44,110 nucleotides of DNA, taken from IMG/VR virus record IMGVR_UViG_3300030095_006992, positions 1 through 44,110 of that record. The stretch is one strand, 5' to 3'. Source of the stretch: a virus (Duplodnaviria; Caudoviricetes). Position numbers and translations under genes: made by a program. The notes beneath the pieces are model-generated. The model was not told the DNA's origin, made no database searches, and saw only the letters and a program-made list of their open reading frames with translations. Numbering within the stretch: the stretch's first letter is position 1; every line of letters starts with the position of its first letter. Below are positions 25,941 to 34,178 of the stretch, in pieces.

Positions 25941-26696
25941 TTAGTTAAAGTAACTTCCAAGTTTTAATTTCAAAAACTCTTTTTCAAAATCCTCATTCTT
26001 GGCCGGGGAAATGTCGAACTCTGTAGGTGATTTAGAAATTGAACTTCCCGCTCCATACTGTTTCTGTTGTTCGAATGATCCAGCTGTTTCACCTCTTACA
26101 GCAGTACCAGTGTCAGTGGCAGGGTTATCTACAATCCTCTGCTGGTTTTTTTGATACAGGCGCTGAGCAAGCATGGGGTTTTCTTTCGCCCATGCCTGCA
26201 ATGCAGTGCCTTTTTCTAATTTGACATTACCAGGCAGATCAGCAGTAGCAAAATAATCTTGGATTGCATCCTGATTAACACGACCCAAAGCACTTTGTGA
26301 TGCGTACATCGATGCAATGTTGGTATCTGTCTCAGGTGCCCGGAGCTGATTCCCTAGTTCCTGCATTGCAGATGCATCTTTAGGCGCATCTTCACCTCTT
26401 GCTCCTGCCCCAAAAACGTAGTCCATTTCAGGGGTTTGGAAATAACGCTGGTACTGGCCTTCAAGAGTGTTGTCAAATGACCGTGATGGAGAATTTGATT
26501 TAACTTCAGGTGTAACTTCAGGTATAACTTCAGATTTCGGGCTTTCGTTAAGTTCTCTTAATTCTTTGAAAGGCAGCCCAATAATATACTCACCCACAAA
26601 ATCAACAGCCCTCTGGAAAAAATCATTACCCTGTTTCCCCCTCGAGGCGCGACGGGATTCATTCAGCCGTCTACGATTCTCCTGATAGGTGCTCAC
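25941..26696 (-). CDS. Hypothetical (possibly virion-associated) protein
   Basis: About 250-aa ORF; GTG 26696 chosen as start, longest ORF to 26729. Confidence 0.65.
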   Translation of the reverse strand: MSTYQENRRRLNESRRASRGKQGNDFFQRAVDFVGEYIIGLPFKELRELNESPKSEVIPEVTPEVKSNSPSRSFDNTLEGQYQRYFQTPEMDYVFGAGARGEDAPKDASAMQELGNQLRAPETDTNIASMYASQSALGRVNQDAIQDYFATADLPGNVKLEKGTALQAWAKENPMLAQRLYQKNQQRIVDNPATDTGTAVRGETAGSFEQQKQYGAGSSISKSPTEFDISPAKNEDFEKEFLKLKLGSYFN

Positions 26697-26743
26697 TTCG
26701 CAAAAATATCCTTTATACAATAGTAACACTGACTAGCAGATCG

Positions 26744-26953
26744 ATGGAACTTATCAAAACTTTCCCGAAAGGTTCGACTGTTATGTTGATGCATCAAGAG
26801 TTCAATACCATTGAGTACAGAACATGTTCTCCATCCGGTGGTTTGTGTACTTACGACTCATGCATTGATCGTGCGCTGGAATTAGCTCAGGTATATGACG
26901 ACTATTACAACCACAAGCCCGCTAAAACGTTCGACGAGAGTATTAATTTCTAG
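26744..26953 (+). CDS. Hypothetical protein
   Basis: 69-aa ORF, YRTCSPSGGLCTY. Confidence 0.55.
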   Translation: MELIKTFPKGSTVMLMHQEFNTIEYRTCSPSGGLCTYDSCIDRALELAQVYDDYYNHKPAKTFDESINF

Positions 26954-27017
26954 AGGGTGGTCGCCAAAATTCGCTGGCCTCATCGCTGAAATGCACTGCG
27001 GCACAGCAGGTTTGACC

Positions 27018-27180
27018 GGTTATCTACCAAACATAGTTTTAGAACCGGGTTTTTATTTAGACGTATAGGAAAGGGGTCTAGGTGATTGTGAGATAAAAAA
27101 TGAACGCACAATGACCTAGGCCCCCTCTCTATAAAAAGAACTTAAAAGATGCTTTTAAATTTATCTTTGGTAGATAAACC
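27018..27180. repeat. Nested imperfect inverted repeat (~160-bp cruciform)
   Basis: Inner arms 27073-27090 / 27107-27124 (16/18 complementary); outer arms TTATCTACCAAA (27020-27031) / TTTGGTAGATAA (27166-27177) perfectly complementary. Confidence 0.8.
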
Positions 27181-27241
27181 GAGATCCATTGACATGACTT
27201 GGCTCTGCCATTAGGGTTTGCTCCTGCAGACCTTCCCCCTA

Positions 27242-28387
27242 ATGGAAACCCTTGAATTCTTCCGCAGCAATGGTCTGATTCCACCAGACGTCGTGGTCTT
27301 TGCAAAAGCTTTTCAAATTTTCATGAGGTTGGTGGGCAAGGACGCTTGCTGGGACATCAGTAAGTCCAGGCACAGCATTTTTTCCGGGTTCGTGAACAGC
27401 AAGCGAAACCACCTGTTTTATAAAACTTTGGACGCCAGGCCTTTTATATTGGCCATGGTCGGTAAGTTTCCCGATGAAATAAATCGTGTGATTGTCAGGA
27501 AGCACTCATGCAATTGCAAGTACTGCTTAAACCCTTCTCACTACTACTACGGGACAATGGCGGACGTACGCCTAGAAACGAATCAAAGGAAAGGTGACTC
27601 TCTCACTCCTGAGGTTGTCGAAAAGATACGCACAGCTGACGAGTGGCTTTCAAGCAAAGAGATATCCAGGCGTCTTAAGATTCCTTATCAGAGGGTGAGA
27701 AAGATACGTGTTGGAATCACATTCGATTCTCTGCAAAAAAAAGACCAACCCTTTACCCTCAGCAAAGGTTGGGAAACGCTGGATGAAGTCCTTCAGCAGC
27801 TCTCGTCCAGTCATCCTGACGAGGTTCGTCGCTACGAGCTCGACTACCACATGACAAATGAAAAGGAGTGCCCCTGGCACCGACACGGCACCAAGAAACA
27901 TAAAGGTCGCTTCGGCCATATGGGCGAATGCCTGGATTGCCTCGAGGAGCTCAAGAAGGGTCGCTGCACCGTCGATGTCACTAAGTTCGATTATCGCTGG
28001 TATTGGACCGTTAAACGTTTCTGGGACCAGGTTGACGTACGCGGTCCAGATGAGTGTTGGCCTTGGCTAGGCGCTACCAAGAAAGGCGGCACGGAATCCG
28101 TCGCCTACTGCCCCTCACCTGTGCACTCCGGAGCCACGCAATCAGCGATGCGAGTTGCATTTTGGCTAAGTAGAGGATTTGTAGGTAAGTACAGAATTCA
28201 TACCAGAAAAGGCTGCGAAAAATTCTGTTGCAACCCGCTGCATCTAGAAGCACGTGGACTTGACGATACACTTGATCCGTCTAAAATTGAAACGATTCAG
28301 TTAAATTATGTCAACATCTTCAGACACTTCAAAGAAGCCAGCGCAAAAAGAGGCGATCGTGGTGGCCAGCAACAACCACCTCCCTGA
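27242..28387 (+). CDS. Tandem HNH / His-Cys (His-Me finger) domain protein with central HTH, partly degenerate
   Basis: KHSCNCKYCLNPSHYYYGT; LSSKEISRRLKIPYQRVRKIR; RFWDQVDVRGPDECWPWLG...CCNPLHL. Confidence 0.75.
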   Translation: METLEFFRSNGLIPPDVVVFAKAFQIFMRLVGKDACWDISKSRHSIFSGFVNSKRNHLFYKTLDARPFILAMVGKFPDEINRVIVRKHSCNCKYCLNPSHYYYGTMADVRLETNQRKGDSLTPEVVEKIRTADEWLSSKEISRRLKIPYQRVRKIRVGITFDSLQKKDQPFTLSKGWETLDEVLQQLSSSHPDEVRRYELDYHMTNEKECPWHRHGTKKHKGRFGHMGECLDCLEELKKGRCTVDVTKFDYRWYWTVKRFWDQVDVRGPDECWPWLGATKKGGTESVAYCPSPVHSGATQSAMRVAFWLSRGFVGKYRIHTRKGCEKFCCNPLHLEARGLDDTLDPSKIETIQLNYVNIFRHFKEASAKRGDRGGQQQPPP

Positions 28388-28655
28388 AAAGAAATATTGC
28401 GCTCGTGTTGATATTGGTGGTGAACTTACCTGGAGTGCTTTCTGGCGCGATGATTTCGAGGAGGCTGAATTGGATCTTCGCTGCATGATCAATAACCTCA
28501 ACTATGAGCTAGTTGAAACGATGGAGTGCGAGGGAGTATATCCTGAGCGGGCTATAATGATGAAAGAAAAATATCAATCGTCTGGAAGGACCAACGGTCT
28601 TTTTACAGGATTAATGACTGAAGATGTCAAGATTTCTGACGACAATTCCCAATAA
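28308..28655 (+). CDS. Hypothetical protein
   Basis: 115-aa ORF overlapping both neighbours. Confidence 0.6.
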   Translation: MSTSSDTSKKPAQKEAIVVASNNHLPEKKYCARVDIGGELTWSAFWRDDFEEAELDLRCMINNLNYELVETMECEGVYPERAIMMKEKYQSSGRTNGLFTGLMTEDVKISDDNSQ

Positions 28656-29289
28656 TTCAGGCTTTGAAAACCTTGGAACTGTTGAAGCTTACCCTACCGG
28701 GGGTACAGGGCCTACTGCTTATGGCCCAACCTCCTACTTCGGCTCTGATCCACTCCCTGCGGAGCCTGGAGATAGCCTTTATACTCCTATTGATCTGGGC
28801 AATTTTTCTTCTGTATTCCGCTCGATCACACTAAATGGTTCCCACGGGGGGCTATCACGTAAAACTACTACTTTTTACAAAATCAGGATTAACAAATCCA
28901 GATCAATCCAATTTACACAGAATTTCAGTCAGTTTAGTTACACCAAAAATACAAACAGAAATACTCTTATAGCGTTCTATAAAATTGAAGATGGTAGTAG
29001 AAGAGAAGAGCTTCCTATTAACAACCAGGGTTATGTATCACCAGAATCCTCGATTGATTACAACCAGGAGGATCTTCGCCTAGAAGATTATCCAAGCACA
29101 CGGCTTGATCCTGGTGAGTACCTATTTCTTATTACAAACGATATTAGGTTTCAAGAAACTAATTATTCAATCACTATAAACGTATCCGTAGTTGACTGGC
29201 GCTTTGTAAATGAAATCGTGGATGAATCTATTGATTTTGGTCTAACGTCAGCAACAGCTGCTTCCGCTCTTGATTTCGGCAGCGTCTAA
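28624..29289 (+). CDS. Putative virion structural protein (beta-sandwich)
   Basis: Gly/Thr/Pro-rich N-terminus; beta-rich domain with LDPGEYLFLI; DFG motifs at the C-terminus. Confidence 0.55.
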   Translation: MSRFLTTIPNNSGFENLGTVEAYPTGGTGPTAYGPTSYFGSDPLPAEPGDSLYTPIDLGNFSSVFRSITLNGSHGGLSRKTTTFYKIRINKSRSIQFTQNFSQFSYTKNTNRNTLIAFYKIEDGSRREELPINNQGYVSPESSIDYNQEDLRLEDYPSTRLDPGEYLFLITNDIRFQETNYSITINVSVVDWRFVNEIVDESIDFGLTSATAASALDFGSV

Positions 29290-29294
29290 GCAGA

Positions 29295-29825
29295 TCAAGC
29301 TGTGTCTTCAGGCATGGTGACCTTGAAGATGTCGTTTTTGCGTTTTGCGTATTCAGGATCGAACGCACTGGGATCAACAAGAGATGCAGATGTCTGGCCC
29401 TTCTGAGAGGTTGCTTTCTGCAAGGCTTTTTTAGCTTGATCGACGTTTGTTAAAGCAGCTTTCTGGGCTTCAGCTGACCCTTGCTGGAAATTCACCGTAC
29501 TCGAGCCTTTAGAAATCGGTCGCCCCTCACTATCGCGAGCCACCTCCATGACTCCTGGATCCTTGAATTGTCCAGGCAACGATGCTAAGTAAGAAGCTCG
29601 CTCCTGCATCTCACGCCCACGCATACGCTCCGCCAGCTCAGCAGAAGTGCCGACTTCAGTCTCCCTATCTTTCTGCAAGGAAAAAATTTGCTCATCAAGG
29701 CGCTTTCCGAAAGCAGCAACGTCTTGATAGCTCTCTTGCGGAATCAATGTCCGAAACATCTGTGGTGCCGTAGGAGTAGGCATCACAATTGTCGGTTGTG
29801 GTGGAGGCGATGGCTTACTCCCCAT
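29295..29825 (-). CDS. Hypothetical protein with Pro-rich N-terminus
   Basis: MGSKPSPPPQPT..., 176 aa. Confidence 0.7.
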   Translation of the reverse strand: MGSKPSPPPQPTIVMPTPTAPQMFRTLIPQESYQDVAAFGKRLDEQIFSLQKDRETEVGTSAELAERMRGREMQERASYLASLPGQFKDPGVMEVARDSEGRPISKGSSTVNFQQGSAEAQKAALTNVDQAKKALQKATSQKGQTSASLVDPSAFDPEYAKRKNDIFKVTMPEDTA

Positions 29826-29829
29826 TGTT

Positions 29830-29958
29830 TTATTTCATTCTGATTTCTATACTGATTCTATCTGTCACAAACCCGTAAACACTTTGGGCAGTATAAACGC
29901 CGACAGGAGCGAGAATCAGAACCAGCAGCAACTCAGCATAAGTGATGTGGCGGCGCAT
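29830..29958 (-). CDS. Small single-TM protein (42 aa)
   Basis: Read manually: MRRHITYAELLLVLILAPVGVYTAQSVYGFVTDRISIEIRMK; stops 4 nt before the next ATG. Confidence 0.5.
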   Translation of the reverse strand: MRRHITYAELLLVLILAPVGVYTAQSVYGFVTDRISIEIRMK

Positions 29959-30282
29959 TTTGATAAATATCCTTTTATTCATGAGTTTAGCGAGCTCATA
30001 GCAGATCTGTCCACGAAAGAGCTACTTAGCTTGATGACAAACCAACAGAAGAATCTTGCAAAGGCACTATGGGAAGCTGAAAACTACGGTGGGGACACGG
30101 AAAAAGCTAAAAAACGACTTTCAGAGACACACGGACCCCAGTGGTTTAAATCCATCAAATTCAAAGACTACTTTCACCCGCTCCGCGAATACCACGAATT
30201 GGTCCTAATTCTTGAGCACCAGCGTCAATGGGCCGAACAGAAAAAATTCGCTAAGATAAACCAAGACAACGTTCTCCAATGA
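29884..30282 (+). CDS. Hypothetical protein (start uncertain)
   Basis: ATGA-coupled to the next ORF; true start probably downstream of 29884. Confidence 0.6.
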   Translation: MGSINADRSENQNQQQLSISDVAAHFDKYPFIHEFSELIADLSTKELLSLMTNQQKNLAKALWEAENYGGDTEKAKKRLSETHGPQWFKSIKFKDYFHPLREYHELVLILEHQRQWAEQKKFAKINQDNVLQ

Positions 30283-30881
30283 CGCAAAATCAGGAGGACT
30301 GGCTTGACGTTTTAAATAGGACTCAGTTCGAACCGAAACCCTCGACTGCAAACGCATACCAGAGCTATCGCTTTGCTGATTTAGATATCAGTACTGTCAC
30401 GGTAGAAACCTACGCCACAGCTTTAGTCCCATCTCTGGTCAAGCAGGTAGAGATGTTTATACCTCCCTCAGGTAGCTTTGAAACACCTGACCTAAGGCGC
30501 TACTTAGAACTGGTGTGTGGATACGAAACAAGCACAGCTGACCTGGTACTTGGACTGTCTCTTGCTGACCAGATTCGGATCACATTCAGTGACATGAAGA
30601 TCAGCACCATCTGTGACCGGTATCCCGAAATCAATCTTGCTGAGAAGCGGCGCTACCGCTGTGTGGCGGAATACCTGATCAGACAAGGTGAACTGACCAA
30701 GCTGAGAGATGCTGATGGCAAATTGATCAAAAAGATTGGCAACATGCAAAAAGCAGTTGTGTTGTATAAACCGCTTCCTAAGTTACTAGAGACTCTCAAA
30801 CGCTCTAGGCTTGGCAATTTCATCAAGCTCGAGGAGGAGGAGGAGGAGAAAACCGAGGTGACAGCTGAAAAAACTTGCTAA
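30279..30881 (+). CDS. Hypothetical protein, possible winged-helix C-terminus
   Basis: RYRCVAEYLIRQGELTKLRD...VVLYKP. Confidence 0.7.
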   Translation: MTQNQEDWLDVLNRTQFEPKPSTANAYQSYRFADLDISTVTVETYATALVPSLVKQVEMFIPPSGSFETPDLRRYLELVCGYETSTADLVLGLSLADQIRITFSDMKISTICDRYPEINLAEKRRYRCVAEYLIRQGELTKLRDADGKLIKKIGNMQKAVVLYKPLPKLLETLKRSRLGNFIKLEEEEEEKTEVTAEKTC

Positions 30882-30903
30882 ACTGGTTCATCTGAGGAAC
30901 ATT

Positions 30904-31302
30904 ATGTCAAATCGTCGTAACAAACTTCTCACCAAACTTCTTCAGAGCACTACGGGTGAGACAGAAGAAACACTCATGAAGCTCACAATCGAGCGCATCT
31001 GCTCTGATATGTGTGATTACTATGGAAAGTTTTATAATGCAGAAGGCCCTGGTGTGCTTGTGTTTAAGCCAGCAGCCGATGATAAAGATAGTATGTTCTA
31101 TCTCTGCGTAGACGCACTTATCAGTGCTCTGGAAGATTACCGTGACCAAGAGAGTGTCTCCTCTGTCTTCCAAGGTGCAATCCGTAGGGCTGAGCAGATC
31201 GACCCGAATAAAGAGTCGCTTTTCTTGGTTCAAGATGATACCGAGCTGGCACTCATTCACTATCGTCACGATGATGAAAATAGTAATTTTCTTATCTCGT
31301 GA
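30904..31302 (+). CDS. Hypothetical protein
   Basis: 132-aa ORF with GAGGA RBS. Confidence 0.7.
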   Translation: MSNRRNKLLTKLLQSTTGETEETLMKLTIERICSDMCDYYGKFYNAEGPGVLVFKPAADDKDSMFYLCVDALISALEDYRDQESVSSVFQGAIRRAEQIDPNKESLFLVQDDTELALIHYRHDDENSNFLIS

Positions 31303-31922
31303 AGCACAGAGCAAAATGGCGTTCACTTAGGAATGTCTATGGGAAGATTGGCCATATCCGCGAGGATTGGCTAACTCCTTGTGATTATCTGCCTTTGATT
31401 GACGCCTTGCTTGGAGATCTCGATTTAGATCCCTGTAGTACGCATGATGCTAATCAGCAGTTTCTTCGTGCAAAACAGATATATACCCTTGACGATGACG
31501 GCCTTAACGTTGAGGCACCCTGGACTGGCAAGACCTATTTGTTCCCTCCGACGTACGGACGTTGTACGTACAGCAAACAACGTGGTACTTGGCGGTGGAG
31601 CCCACGCGGAGGCAGTGTATCCAAAGCACCTTCAGTTATCTGGTTTCGACGTCTGGTCAGGGAGTGGAAACTTAGGAACATCCCTGAAGCACTTTTTTAT
31701 ACAACCTATCCAGAAATGCTCAGAACCTGCCCTGAGATCTGGGATTTTCCTTTATGCATCCCAAAAGACAGGGCGCATCTGATGCATGGCAGAAAGTATT
31801 TCACTCTTAAATCACCTATGTACTGGGGATATTTCGCTTATTTGCCGCCAACAGATCTAGGCTTCTCTCAAATTGATAAATTTGAGTCTATTTTTTCAAC
31901 GATTGGAAGAGTTATCCGGTAG
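31299..31922 (+). CDS. Phage Dam-family DNA N6-adenine methyltransferase-like protein with an atypical catalytic motif
   Basis: DWLTP...DLDLDPCS...YTLDDDGL...W.GK.YLFPPTYG; NPPY is replaced by FPPTY. Confidence 0.7.
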   Translation: MKHRAKWRSLRNVYGKIGHIREDWLTPCDYLPLIDALLGDLDLDPCSTHDANQQFLRAKQIYTLDDDGLNVEAPWTGKTYLFPPTYGRCTYSKQRGTWRWSPRGGSVSKAPSVIWFRRLVREWKLRNIPEALFYTTYPEMLRTCPEIWDFPLCIPKDRAHLMHGRKYFTLKSPMYWGYFAYLPPTDLGFSQIDKFESIFSTIGRVIR

Positions 31923-32151
31923 CTCTAAATTGATTCCTGAAAGAACCATCGTTAAAAACAAACACATTATCGTTAGTCCTGGAGGCCTTTACGTTCAATG
32001 CCTCACCGTCTTTTTTTGCTTTTACAAACCTTTTGAGAAAGCTTTTCGCACTTTCATTGTCGGTAGCAGAAATATCTTGTCCGGGTTTAACAGTATAACT
32101 ACCTGCACGCCGGTTATCGATATCGTATGCTTGGCTTAATTGGTCGTTCAT
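31912..32151 (-). CDS. Hypothetical protein
   Basis: 79-aa ORF with TAGAAT upstream. Confidence 0.55.
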   Translation of the reverse strand: MNDQLSQAYDIDNRRAGSYTVKPGQDISATDNESAKSFLKRFVKAKKDGEALNVKASRTNDNVFVFNDGSFRNQFRATG

Positions 32152-32163
32152 CCCTTTATTCTA

Positions 32164-32451
32164 ATGACCCTCACCGAAACACAAACTCAAATCAGTTTGA
32201 TCTGTGATGACATTAAAGAGCTGTTGATTTATAAAAATCAAAAGTACGGCAATTCAGCGCTCAAACCTGTTCGAATCTTTAGTAAATCCGACAGTGTCGA
32301 GCAGATTCTTGTAAGGATTGACGATAAACTTAATCGTATCCAACAAGGCGAGGGTCTTCTTGACGAAGATGAAGACGTCATCATCGATTTGATTGGCTAC
32401 CTCGTGCTTCTTAAAATCGCTTTAGCCCAAAACTCTAAAAATGAAGTATGA
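32164..32451 (+). CDS. Nucleotide-modification-associated domain (Nmad1/DUF1599-like) protein
   Basis: KNQKYGNS...ILVRIDDKLNRI...EDVIIDLIGYLVL. Confidence 0.7.
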   Translation: MTLTETQTQISLICDDIKELLIYKNQKYGNSALKPVRIFSKSDSVEQILVRIDDKLNRIQQGEGLLDEDEDVIIDLIGYLVLLKIALAQNSKNEV

Positions 32452-32495
32452 AGATTTCATAGCTGCTTACACACCTGATTTGGCTATTATTGACG

Positions 32496-33245
32496 CTATT
32501 GATCTTCTAAAGCGTTTTGACCTGGACGCTCTTGATTACCTAAACCGCGAGGTGGAGTGGACCAAAGCCGATAGAAACGACGAATCACATGACCAGAAGG
32601 ATCCCAATCCTTAATTTTCTTTTCCAAGTACTCAACTGCTTTGATTTGAGAAGGAGACCCTGTGTAAGTCTCCGGCAGATTTAAAAGGCAAACTGATGTG
32701 TGGCAATCATGCCGCATGAATGAAGGAATTTTCACGTCTGCAGCAAAATATGTATTCAATTCTGTGCGACGCCTATCCCTCATCAGTTCACCTCCTGATA
32801 GCCAATACTTATTGATGTAGGGGCTCCACTCCTTAATTAGCTCCCTTTTGCTTGCGTGGCTGTTTATCAGATCTAATAAACGAGAGTTTTTGAAACCTAA
32901 AATCCCAAGGCTGTGCGCAAAACTCAGGACAGCTGCCTTCCTGTTTTTGTTGAGTGGTACGTAAACGTACTGCTGTACCTGATCAGAAAAGGCCTGCAGA
33001 TCTTTTTCAAGCTGCTCCTCGATCTCGTTGGTATAAAGCTTGTCATGCATGGAAACTGCACGACCGAACACCTGCTGACTGCCATAGCCGACTCGCCAAA
33101 ACTTCTCACCATACTCTCGGTAGGAAGCAAAACGCCCCATACCGATAGCAGTACAAGGCGGGGTATATATCTTGATTAATTGAATTCCTTTTTCTGTAAG
33201 AAAAGGGTGTTCTTTCCAAACACGTGATTTCTTAGGGGACGACAA
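32496..33245 (-). CDS. GH24 phage lysozyme-like protein with a degenerate active site
   Basis: KGIQLIK..., W.VGYG, VPLN.N...AVLSFA.SLG...F.NSRLL..IN, L..RRRTE. Confidence 0.75.
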   Translation of the reverse strand: MSSPKKSRVWKEHPFLTEKGIQLIKIYTPPCTAIGMGRFASYREYGEKFWRVGYGSQQVFGRAVSMHDKLYTNEIEEQLEKDLQAFSDQVQQYVYVPLNKNRKAAVLSFAHSLGILGFKNSRLLDLINSHASKRELIKEWSPYINKYWLSGGELMRDRRRTELNTYFAADVKIPSFMRHDCHTSVCLLNLPETYTGSPSQIKAVEYLEKKIKDWDPSGHVIRRFYRLWSTPPRGLGNQERPGQNALEDQ

Positions 33246-33615
33246 CCTTAGCGATGTAGCTGACTTCAGAATAACCTTCCAGCTTCAAGAGGACAATGTA
33301 ATTCTTGGTGGCATTTGTCACCGTCACACCGACCGCGCCTTTGCCTTTCCCAGCCTGTGCGACATTAAAAGCCTTCTTATACCCGGTTGGTGCTGAACCA
33401 GCTGAGTGGTCATCATCCTGGAAGATCTCCATAGAAATGACACCAGCAGAGCGGTCCAAAGAAACAGTGATGTCGCCTGTGGTGCTGGGGTTGACTTCAA
33501 AAGCACGTTGACTCAGGCCGGTATCGTTACCAACACCTGCACCTTTGTAAGTGACGTCACTTCCAGAGTTAACTGAAAATGTGTCAAGAGTACCCGTAAC
33601 AATACGATCAGCCAT
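33232..33615 (-). CDS. Beta-rich hypothetical (possible virion) protein
   Basis: 127 aa, Gly/Ser/Thr-rich beta pattern. Confidence 0.65.
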   Translation of the reverse strand: MADRIVTGTLDTFSVNSGSDVTYKGAGVGNDTGLSQRAFEVNPSTTGDITVSLDRSAGVISMEIFQDDDHSAGSAPTGYKKAFNVAQAGKGKGAVGVTVTNATKNYIVLLKLEGYSEVSYIAKVVVP

Positions 33616-33620
33616 GGCTA

Positions 33621-33836
33621 TTAAGAAATTTGTCCAATAGTGGAGAAGTTGAACTTGATATCGGCATCGATACCGTGGTCTTTCAGAATGCCTAGAAACA
33701 TCTGACGGTCAAGAGCTTTTTGATGAAGCATTTCGATGAAAGCTTCCTCTAACTCAGCTCGATCCAGGCCTTGAATGGCCAGAGATGCTGCGTGGATTTG
33801 AAATTCAACGTCCACGGGAAGCTCTAATGCATCCAT
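33621..33836 (-). CDS. nblA: Phycobilisome degradation adaptor NblA-like protein
   Basis: LELPVDVEFQIHAASLAIQGLDRAELEEAFIEMLHQKALDRQMFLGILK aligns by eye with the NblA pattern L.LEQ.F.L......V..MS.EQ....L..LY.Q.......Y..L.K. Confidence 0.7.
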   Translation of the reverse strand: MDALELPVDVEFQIHAASLAIQGLDRAELEEAFIEMLHQKALDRQMFLGILKDHGIDADIKFNFSTIGQIS

Positions 33837-33875
33837 GGTAATTACCTACCTTGGATCTATCTTACCAGCGCTGAA

Positions 33876-34088
33876 TTAACTGACAAGCAGATCAGGCGTG
33901 ACGTTCATGACTGCCTTTTCACGTAAATCCCTCATTTCTTCTGGGATCAGGCGACCAGGGTCGACATCGGACGCCTCAAGGCCTAATCCAGTGTCCTTTA
34001 CGTACTCTTCTAGAAAGCGTTCGGCTGGTCTGGACTTCATGGCTTGAGCTGCATTTCTTAAGGGTATTTCGAGCCGTCCAATAGGCAC
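33876..34088 (-). CDS. Hypothetical protein
   Basis: 70-aa ORF upstream of the nblA-like gene. Confidence 0.45.
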   Translation of the reverse strand: MPIGRLEIPLRNAAQAMKSRPAERFLEEYVKDTGLGLEASDVDPGRLIPEEMRDLREKAVMNVTPDLLVS

Positions 34089-34178
34089 CTGCGAATAACA
34101 CGGTGAACGTTATGACGCAAAGCCCCATAGTTTCAAGCTCAATTACCATCTATATTGTACGAAGGGTTCTCCGAGACA

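Noticed and set aside
30831-30848. (GAG)6 microsatellite
   Set aside because: In-frame poly-Glu tail; a trinucleotide unit cannot cause phase variation.
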